64,000 nt of DNA from Antedon mediterranea (Eukaryota > Animalia > Echinodermata). The position numbers were made by a program, and so were the translations under genes. The stretch covers positions 5,061,888 through 5,125,887 of the forward strand of contig NC_092676.1 in NCBI RefSeq assembly GCF_964355755.1, written 5' to 3'. The notes under the pieces are model-generated. The model had not been told where the DNA came from. It did no database searches and worked only from the letters and a program-made list of their open reading frames with translations. Shown piece by piece: positions 49,201-58,834 of this stretch. How positions within the stretch are numbered: position 1 is the first letter of the stretch; each line of letters begins with the position of its first letter.

Positions 49201-52200
49201 TCAAAATCAGCTGTTTTTTTTTTGTTTCTCTCGTATGGCGCGTTGGTCGATCGGCCGGGCATATTGTTATTATGTGGGTGTTTATCATAGCCTTGTATAA
49301 AAATATGCAGAACAAGATATAATCATTAATAGGGATATAAAAAGTGTGTATAATATTTTTAATAGGTGTCTTTAAATTCTGTAGTGAAATATATGGCACA
49401 CTGTGCTTCGGCTTTATGCGTCTGTGGTTGTGTCAAGTCAATAATATTATTAATTTCATTTACTGCAGTACGGTATCACAATAGTAAACAATAATCAAAT
49501 AATAACAAGGTTTTCGTGGAATGCTTTTCTTAACAAATGATTATAGATTTAGAACATTTCGTGAGCACAATGAGAGCGTTGTTAGAAACGTTGGCTATCA
49601 AAAAAAACAATGTGATGTGCCCATATATGGAGACAATGAGTGTGAATGTAAAGCTTGGTTCCCACTAGCGACGCAACGTAACGCAACCTACGCAACGTAA
49701 GAAAATGCCCTTCCAATAATTGTGTTTGCCCCCGCCTGCGTGAAATCAAACCTGTGTTTGCAGCACTGTTACGTCGTCGGTTCCCACTTGTGATTACGCA
49801 ATACAGCACTTTGCGTTTATACGTCATTGCGTTGCATTACGTTGCGTCCTAATGGGAACCACGCTTTAGTAACTTGACCAATCACAAGCGATGGATTATT
49901 CGAACCATGGATTGGTCAATTCGGTTGCGTTGCGCTTACGTTCTTGCGTTGCGTTCTAGTGGGAAACAAGCTTTACTTTACCGTACCGTAGGCCTAAGTG
50001 TTAACAATTGTGACGATTTTGTTTCAGAGCCTTCTGCTTATTCTTCGGCTTGTTCGGATAACCCGTGCATCAATGGAACTTGTTATACAATCAGCGATCC
50101 ACCGTATCACCTGTGTAAATGCGAAGCACCTTATTATGGAAGTCAGTGCCAAGTCTATGATGGTAAATACACAATAGAATTCGGGCATAAACAACAATAT
50201 TTAATCATCTTCATCGTTGCCTACACGGGGATGATGTTTTTATCATATAATCCTCGCCATCATCATCAACACCACATCGTCTTATGATCATCATAAAAAA
50301 GACGACAGAAAACAACAAACGCCATGCATATCTATTCCATATCAAGACTCAAATGAAGAGCCTAGACCACCCGCCCACCACCAAAATGTTAGTTAAAGTT
50401 GAATCGGGAATAGGCCTACTTCCAAGAAATCTTTCCTATTTTTCAACAATGGTTGCAGAACTGCATCCGCCGTATTGCTGTAGGCCATGTTAGAGTATTC
50501 ATCAAGATGATCAGGGCAGTAGCCAGGATCGGGCAAGGGGTTCGGGTCAGAACATCAACGTAGGCCTAATCATTACTATCCAATTATGCACATACGTTCC
50601 CTCATACGACTTTACCACGTTGAAACACCGGTTCTCGTCAGATCACCGAAGTTAAGCAACGTTGGGCCTGGTTAAAGCTTGGATAAGAGAAAATCTGGGA
50701 ATACCTGGTTCTGTATATGGAGCTTGGGTCCCATTGAAATCAGCACTGCTGACTCTTATGGCAGCCCCTGCATCTAGTATCTGCCTCAGACGTATTGGCT
50801 TATGCTTCTCCTCTGGTTAAGGTTGGCACTGGACGAGAGAAGCCCTTGGTCAATGTTGTGACCAGCCAAAGGTGCTTTAAACAGTCCTGGCTTTAGTCAT
50901 CATTCAGATGAATGTAGGCCTAAGACTATTTGACATTGTCGTTTACGACAGGAGTCGGCCATATATATCCCTCACTTATTACATGTCGTACCGTTTTTAT
51001 CTCGTTCTAGGATGCCTGAGTAACCCTTGTATGAATGGGGCTGAATGTTACAATAACAAACAATATGAGACGTTTGAATGTTTATGTCCAAATGAATTCA
51101 CCGGAACCATTTGTAACCTGGAAAAATGTAAGTAGTTTCCTTACCATAATCCAGAAACAGGCTGCTTTCTATTGACTAAAGTGAGAGTAGTTAAGCAGAT
51201 GACCGAAGCATACAATACCGGACCCGTTGTCTGTTCATAGGTATAGGCGTATAATAATAATATCCTGGATTTATATAGCGCGTAATTTGTTTTACCTCTA
51301 AGCGCTGAACATTATTAACCCGGTCATTTTTTGCATCAAACACGTATGAAAACATACTCCCATAATAATGCAGCTAGTAATCAGCGCAAAGTTGTGTCTT
51401 GATCTACCTAGGTACCCATTTATACACCTGGGTGAAGAGAGGCAAATGTAAGTAAAGTATCTTGCCTAAGCATACATCAATGCGATGAGAGTTGGATTCG
51501 AACTGCGATCCCACGATCAGTAGTTCAACGTCCAACACACTGCGCCACACAGCCTTACGTGTATAAAATTCTTCTCAGATATGAAGTGCAACTGTGCTGA
51601 ACTAAATAAACCTACTCCACAACAATTCATTAGCATCGGACCAACTGACATGAAAAGGACTGAAAATCGAACGGCGCTGTCTTCCGTCTGAATGTAGCTT
51701 TAGCTTTAGCTTATCGTTTCGTGTGAACGTAAACTTTAACCATGTTTATTGTTTTTCCCGCCCACCTAATAAAATTAACTTCATATGTGTATGTGCTATT
51801 TTCACATACACACCACAGGCACACAATAAATTCTAAACCGCCCGGTGATATACTGAAATTGAATTAATTTGAGATAAAGATAAGGAAAAGAATGAGAAAA
51901 AGTAGCCCAACCGAGATTCGAACCCGGAACTTTCTGCTTGATATGCAGATGTCCTAACCATTAGACCACTTGGGATTTGTTCAAACTCGATTGGATAGCG
52001 ACTCTTTAACATTCTCAGCGTGGTACGGCGGAACAGCACTAGTCCCTCAATTGCACGCACGCGCACCAGAGATCAAATTGATACGCCCTCATCTTTCAGT
52101 ATTTTATACTATAGCCATTGTTATAAATTGTTTTTCAGATACGATCGATATTTCTGGCGATGATTCAGATGATTCTGAGAATTCCAACTTAATAGCTGTC

Positions 52201-52329
52201 TACATTTTGGTGCCTTTAATCATATTGATAATAATCGTTGCTGTAGTTTTATTCTTATTGATGTCTCGACGTAAACGGCGAGATCATCAGATGTACCAGA
52301 AACCTAATGGAAATACCAACAACTTATAA
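43290..52329 (+). CDS. Type-I membrane protein: signal peptide, C-type lectin (QPD), unrecognised ~155-aa domain, 15 EGF-like repeats, TM, short tail (~994 aa)
   Basis: 20 in-frame exons: 43290-43471, 43682-43992, 44130-44597, 45060-45167, 45807-45923, 46293-46412, 46517-46627, 46729-46842, 46980-47099, 47254-47364, 47459-47572, 47718-47837, 48013-48123, 48219-48332, 48565-48684, 48773-48889, 49103-49186, 50028-50162, 51011-51127, 52139-52329. CTLD motifs CPTNW..CY, WDA..YC, FYIGM, FKWLDG, WAPNQPD, WDN, FVCK. EGF exons are all phase 1-1. [27 protein letters not shown] followed by RRKRR. Confidence 0.92.
45222..45414. mobile_element. Harbinger-like MITE (aagcttggttcccactagcgacgcaac...)
   Basis: Same family at 49651-49975; related ends at 28850-28985 and 38010-38150. 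Confidence 0.75.
45415..45600 (+). mobile_element. tRNA-derived SINE fragment
   Basis: A-box gtggcaaggtggttaagg and B-box-like gttcgaggc; the body is shared with 15690-16205. Confidence 0.7.
50608..50968 (+). mobile_element. 5S-rRNA-derived SINE (SINE3-type), near full length
   Basis: Head taccacgttgaaacaccggttctcgtcagatcaccgaagttaagcaacgttgggcctggtta...ctgggaatacctggttctgta, then the body gctgactcttatggcagcccc...gacgagagaagcccttggtcaatgttg...cattcagatgaatgta...cgtttacgacaggagtcggcc and an AT tail. Confidence 0.9.
51252..51550 (-). mobile_element. tRNA-derived SINE with L2-like 3' tail
   Basis: Minus strand: gtggcgcagtgtg (A box), gttcgaatcc (B box), core ggcaagatactttac...ctcttcacccaggtgtataaatgggtacc, tail gcgctatataaatccaggatattattatt. 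Confidence 0.8.
51904..51976 (-). pseudogene. tRNA-like sequence (pseudo-tRNA or SINE head; anticodon loop would read ATC)
   Basis: tggtctaatgg A box, tctgc-atatcaa-gcaga stem-loop, ccggg-ttcgaat-ctcgg T arm, imperfect acceptor stem, followed by a T run. Confidence 0.6.
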
Positions 52330-53457
52330 ACGGCGATGAAAAAAACTATAGAATTCTGTTCTTATTTATGTTTATATTAGCTTGGGCTATTGTTCTTTTT
52401 GTACGTAAATTACAAGCGTTTGAAACGAGAGAAAAGTAGTGATAGTTTGAGTTTGTTGCGGTGTTATCACTCTTCAATTCTTCTTAAACCTAAAGCTTTG
52501 TCTACACTATCAAACTTTGTGACAAAAATGTGATTTGCCCATATGTAGACATGAAGATGTCATATCACTACCATATTTGGGCACACCTTTTTTGTCAAAC
52601 TAGTTTGATAGTGTAGACAGAGCTTAAAGCTTTTTTAAGAACCTTGGAGATGTGCGCAATCGACACCTTAAATCTAAACACATATTTGCTAGAAAAAAAA
52701 CTGGGACTGAGCTACAGTAGTATACGCCAAAGTAACAGAATGAAAGAAGTGACGCTAATTCCATATTACTATACGCCGCCTAATTCATTATTACCTCGTT
52801 AAGTTTCTTTGTATATTATAATGTATTGTATTTTATAAATTGTAAAATTTAGAAAACAAAAACATGTCAAAATTTTTAAGATTAAACATAATTTGATTTT
52901 GCTTAAAAAAAAGTGCATATAAATATCACCTTATACCTTATTTGTAGATATGAACCTATCTGTCAGAGATACATTAAAAGTATAATACAGTCAGGTTCTT
53001 TTCTACATGACTTGCGATCGTCAGTTAGACTCTATCTACTGACAGTTGCCGAATCAGGTCATGTTGTTGCAGTACCTGTACCCACTGCATAATTTCACTT
53101 GCTAGGCTAGAGGTCAGGTTAGTATAATAATGGAGGGGGAAAAAATTGCATTTGAGATTTTTTGGCAAAGTTTACTGAAAATACAGTGCATCAGAGTAGG
53201 CAGAAACATCTGACTAAATCATTATTGGTATAAAACCAAAACCGAGTAAAGTGGTGTTAAATTATTGTTTAAATTATTTTGCAACATGGCTTCCTTGATT
53301 ATACAAGGAATAGTTCACCACAAACAAAACTGTCGTATGATGAGAATTAAAGTTTCCTGACAAACAGCCTTTATTGTTTCCGTCGATCGCCAATAACAGG
53401 TACAAGTGCATAAGGTAAAATATAAAAAGTGTCTAGGCTAGTCCTACCATTATCAAT

Positions 53458-56400
53458 ATGAGGTGCCTGGAAGTGTGTCTTGTTCTGGCTGTGTCCACTC
53501 TACAAGTTTCGTCGTTGCGATGTCCGACGAATTGGAAATTGTTTGAAAGTAACTGCTACATGTACAGTAGTCAGAATTTTAAAAAACATTTCTGGGATGC
53601 TTCAGCATATTGTCAAGAGCAAAAGTTCACCACAAGTGAAGGGTAAGTGACCGCTTTGAAACAAGATGTGCTTAACATGCGGTATCGTAAAATAATTCTA
53701 AATGGATTCCGTAAAATGTTTTTCAATGTTTTTTCATATGATGCTGATAATTAAGCTAGTCGTTCATTTTGATTGGTTGTATCAAGAATTTGCATATTCA
53801 AAATGGTGGTTATCCAAAAACATATCAGCATCCAGGACTAAGAAGCCTCTTCTAGTTAGCCTATTGGGTTAAGCAGTGCAGGGCTACCTGCTCTTGCTCT
53901 CATTGTTATTACTACCCAAATTATAGGCCTATTTCTTTATTAGAGAGGTTTTGAAAACAGATACGTCATAACTAGATTTTCGTTTTCTTAAAGCCACGTT
54001 AACGTCTAGTTCATATCGCAACGAAATATTGAGGGCGCCACCAAAAATATGACAGTGGTAAATTTGAACTTAGTGCATATACACGTGTCTCATCTGTAGA
54101 CTGTATAGGCCTAGCGTACCCTGTAGGCCTAGCGTACGCTGTGTAGGCCTAGCGTACAATTAGAGCAAGCGAGAACTTTTATTGCTACTATTCTATTTCT
54201 CGTCATTTATGTTAAGTATGACATGAACATTCTTTTTATTTAGAATTGAAACAACTAGTGAATTAGCATCAGTTCACAGTTCCTCAGAAAATGCATTCTT
54301 ATTTTCTTTGGAGCCTTCCAAACCGTTTTTCATTGGGATGTATCGTGAGGACAGAAACGATGATTTCGAATGGGTAGACGGCACGAAAATGGATTATGAG
54401 AATTGGGCGCCCAACCAGCCTGAGTCAAATGGACAGCACGTGGTGGTTAATACTGGATCAGTCTGGGATAATGAAGCTGACAAACCACTAGCGTTTGTTT
54501 GCAAGACTGGTGCAGATAAATGTCTCCAATTAGTTGGTGAGGGTAGGTAGGCCTACACATAATTCTTTCCTTCCATTTTAAATGTATATGGTAGACGTAT
54601 ACCTTACTAACCAAACTGTGAAAGTAGGCTGAATACATCAAGTTAGGCCTATGTCAATGTTATTGATTCATTTATAACTGTATGTCTCATAGCGAGAAGT
54701 TTGCATTTAGATTAGTAGGCCTACGCCTTACGGTGTCTCACTCGGACATTTATAACATTTTACCTTTTTAAGCTATTTACTTTACAGAAGGCGGAAATGG
54801 TTGTAGAAGAGGCTGGCCAATCATAGATCGTACGCATGTTGACAGCAGTGGTTGGACAATGGTTTCTCCTGAACAAAATTTCTCTTGTAGTGGTCAAGTT
54901 ACGAAGTGGACATATTATTCCAGAAAATTGAACTATTTCCGAGCCGTGATATTCAGGCAAATGAAAGGTTCTAACACTCGGTTTAAAGTTGTCGGTTACA
55001 ACGACATCCCACCTAGTACTTACAACGGAAAACTTAGTTATGTAGTGCCTATAGCCGAACGCATAGCCGTAGAGCCTGGTGATATGATCGGATGGTCATT
55101 TGGAGACAGTGTGATAACGTACAACTACGGAGGAGAAAGCTATAATGTTAGATGGGTTGGTGGTCATCTGCATACAGGTTTGGTACCTGGCCAGGTAATC
55201 AACATCAATGATGGCGTGCAAAAACGAGATTACTCTATCGAAGCACAAGTCGGCAATGAAAATGGTATTGTATTTACACAATAAATACTAAGTCAATTAT
55301 TCTTTTTTTTTTTGTAATGCAGTATTATTGCGACATTGCAATAATTGGAAACCTAGGTGGCCCTACTCCTCGGTAGGCCTACACCGACGACAAGCGCTCC
55401 GAATTTAAATTTTTGTTTTCACGACTTATTTAACATTAGTCCTGGACTAAAGATAGACACAGTTCCAGATAGTAATATTGGTTTGGTCCAGGATTAAAGT
55501 TATTCCTCTTTCAAGATTATGGCTATTGATTGAACAGGTTTGTGAGCATAATTCTACTGGAAAGCTGTATTGTCGAGTTGGTATTGGCACGTCGTAAAAA
55601 TGATAAGTTTCTATTTTAATAGAGACTTTTAAAAGCGTTTACAATGCAGGAAAAACGAGCGATTACATACCTCCTTGGCGGAGGTAAAATAATTCGTGGT
55701 CTATAAGTCTTAACAGCAGTTTTTATACTTACTGTATCGTCTTCTTCTCCTCTCTTTAGCTTATATATGCAGGGTTGACGATGACTGCACGAAAGGAGCA
55801 TGCCATGAGAACGGACAATGTTTTTGTCCACCGGATTTTTCTTGTGTAGACTGTTCTCTTTATAATGGTATGTCTTGAGACGAATTCTTTGCAAAAAACA
55901 TAGGTCCGCATACTGAGGCCAACTCGTACGACGCTTTCTTAGTTAGCCTTTGCAAACACCGCATAAACTGATTGAATTTGGGGGTAAATTCTGATTTTTA
56001 CAGTCTCTTCCCAAGTTATGGCAGACAATAGCTGTCTATTTTTCTTTCTTGCGGGCTCAATTATCCGATATTCTTGTCTCAGCTTCCGTTCCTCTCTCGG
56101 TATCACAATCACCTTCCAAGTCTATCGATCAGTTAGCCTACCTATAACTGTATGTATTTATTTTTTTCTGCTATACCTAGCTTGCCAAAGTAATCCTTGT
56201 GGACCAGGTGGTACGTGTGTGAACGACGAAGAGGATGAAATGTATTTTTGTGAATACCCTACGGGATTTCGGAACAATTGTGATGTTGTTAGAGGTACGT
56301 TACCTTAAGTCAAATACTAATGTTTATTATAATTCCAAATAAAAGAACACAAATACAATTAATTTTGAAAATTTTAGTTACAAAAGAAATATATTTGGTT

Positions 56401-56702
56401 TAACTTAAAACATGTTTCTTTACTTGACTAATCCTACATTAACTACCAAGCAATATCGAGCATCTTTTAATCGATTGAGTTGAAAATGATAATAGGCCTA
56501 CTTTTTGTTTTTTTATCATTCTTTTTTACAATCAGAATCTTCATCGGTAATTGGAGGTAAATCGGCGGCGAACTCGGGCCTCCTTGTTGCTATGTTCGTC
56601 GCGGTTACCGTGGTGTTAACAGGTATAATCATATTGCTTGTTGCTTATATTCGATTTGGATCAAGACGTAATATCAACAAAGATTCTCCATTTGTCGGGT
56701 AA
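53458..56702 (+). CDS. Type-I membrane protein paralog 2: signal peptide, C-type lectin (QPE), unrecognised domain, 2 EGF, TM (~449 aa)
   Basis: 6 in-frame exons: 53458-53642, 54244-54542, 54788-55264, 55760-55867, 56181-56294, 56536-56702. Exons 1-5 are collinear with exons 1-5 of paralog 1; the second EGF has Cys5 replaced by Tyr (CEYP). Confidence 0.9.
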
Positions 56703-58280
56703 TTATGTTGCACACTGAATTTTTATTTCGTTCACAAATAATAGGGACTTCACGAAACATGACGGGAAGCCACAGAACGGTGCTCATGATCTGAATGAGC
56801 TTAGCGTGAAATTCCGTTGTCTTTTTTTCTTTTTTCTTTAACTTTTTGAGGACGATAAAGTTGCCATATTCCCGTTTACGGAGAACGAATAGAAGTAATG
56901 TACATATAACCTTAAATAACAGTTCAAATTACACTTAAACGTGGAAATTTCATAATTGTACAATGTACGACGGATGACCTAACCAGAAAAGAATACGTGA
57001 AAGATAACCGAACTACTTCCTAAATAACTAAACTTAACCCTCTAAATAATATCTCTCACTATTAGGCCTACTACTACTATCTCTTACTTTAAAGTAAAAA
57101 GAAGTTGGGCATGGGATTCAAACCCCATACATCGACATGCAAAGTCCATAGTCTAGTCCATTCGACTACACAGACCCTTTTGCCTTGCCTGGGGAGGGCT
57201 GTGGCACCCACTAACTTGAGTTCTTGCCTATTGATTGTGCACTTCACTCACCTACAGTCGTGATGGTTTAAAATAGTAATAATAGATGAAAACTTGTATA
57301 GCGCGCCGGTGTCCCCCTCATGGCGCTTTGTGCGAGTACATTAGCGACCTTCTTTATTTTGTTTTGTATCTTCATTGTTATCCAGCCTCTGATACCCACA
57401 GTATTGTTCAGTAATTTGCCTTTGGATTTATATATATAATAAATATATTTTATTTAAGGTTGAAAGAACTAGAAGAGTAATACAAACAGGAGTGACAAAT
57501 GTAATTGGGAGAAAAGTTTAACGAATCATCTCCCGTTAGAAATGAAAAATCAACTGCTACAAAAGATCGAATGAACGGGAAAATCGAGATCGTTTTGTTT
57601 GCGGCAGCACACTAATTGTCGTTGGTTGCCTCTTGCGCTAGACGACGATTTGAATTATTTGGTAAAAGAATAAACAATTTTACATATTTTGCGTTTCATA
57701 CGTATGATTCTTGAATGCCGAGCAATCGAGTGATGAGGTCACCCCATTATGCGCGCAATGAATAATTGGTCACTGCATGCGCACAAGGAATTGATTCATT
57801 GCATGCGCACAAGGAATTTATCACTGCATGCGCACAAGGTATTGAGAGCTAGTTTCAACCGTTACCAGAGTAGGAACGCAACTTTAGTATACTAATGACG
57901 TATTTATTAGTTTAAAAAATTGTTTAAAGATTGTGTCACATTTCGATGAATTAAAGATATTCTCTCAAACACATGTGTTTTGTTGTTTTATACTTTTACC
58001 ACTAACGTAAATTAAGAAGAGTTTTGGTGCCAGGTACGACAATTCTGTTCCCTATTGGATCTTTCAAAGGTTATTAAACTTCCAGGGGTTTTAATGTCAC
58101 ATTATTGCATCTGCTAAAGGAAATAATGGTAAACCATTGAACCATCAGTCCACTTCAGCAAACGCGCACTTCCTGAGTACTTATAAACATAATATAATAA
58201 TAAGGATCCTTATTTGTACTATAGTAGATTGTGAAATAAATGTATCAGTCACAAGACAGAGAGTGATTGAGGTATGTACT

Positions 58281-58606
58281 GTAAGTGTCACGACAGTTTT
58301 TACAAAAAGGCACGGCAATTTACAAATAAATTTACGACAACTTACAAAAAAAGGCACGACAATTTTCAAAAAATCCCACGGCAATTTGAAAAAGTCACAG
58401 CAATTGGAAAAAGCCACGGTAATTTGAAAAAGCCACGGCAAATTAAAAATAAAACATCACGGCAATTTAACAAAAATACCACGGCAACTTAAAAATGAAA
58501 CACCACGGCAAATTAAAAATGAACACCACCACAATTTAGAAATGAAATTCCCGTGGCTTTTTTGTAAATTGCCGTAACTTTTAAAAACAAATTGCCGTGA
58601 CACTTA
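58281..58606. mobile_element. MITE with internal cacggcaattt repeats
   Basis: TIR taagtgtcacg / cgtgacactta; about 11 copies of aaaa.cacggcaattt; explains the ORFs at 58137-58492. Confidence 0.75.
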
Positions 58607-58834
58607 AAAGTCATGGTCGTCTGCTTTTTCGTTTTTTTTTCCTGGAATTATTTTCAAATCATATGGTAAAGTTTGTTTTGGAAGATGAGTTTAATTTCTT
58701 CCGCCGGATAATACCAGAGTGAATAAACTCATATAAATACTTGGTGTATCACATATAAAAACATTATCAGTAGAAGCAGTAAGACTAGAGATAATAAATA
58801 TAGGTCTAGCGATAAAGCACGGTAAATTTGCAAA

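Noticed and set aside
43290-52329. Calling the EGF-rich gene Notch, Delta, Crumbs or fibropellin
   Set aside because: No LNR, ankyrin, DSL, LamG, CUB or avidin domains; the similarity is only generic EGF.
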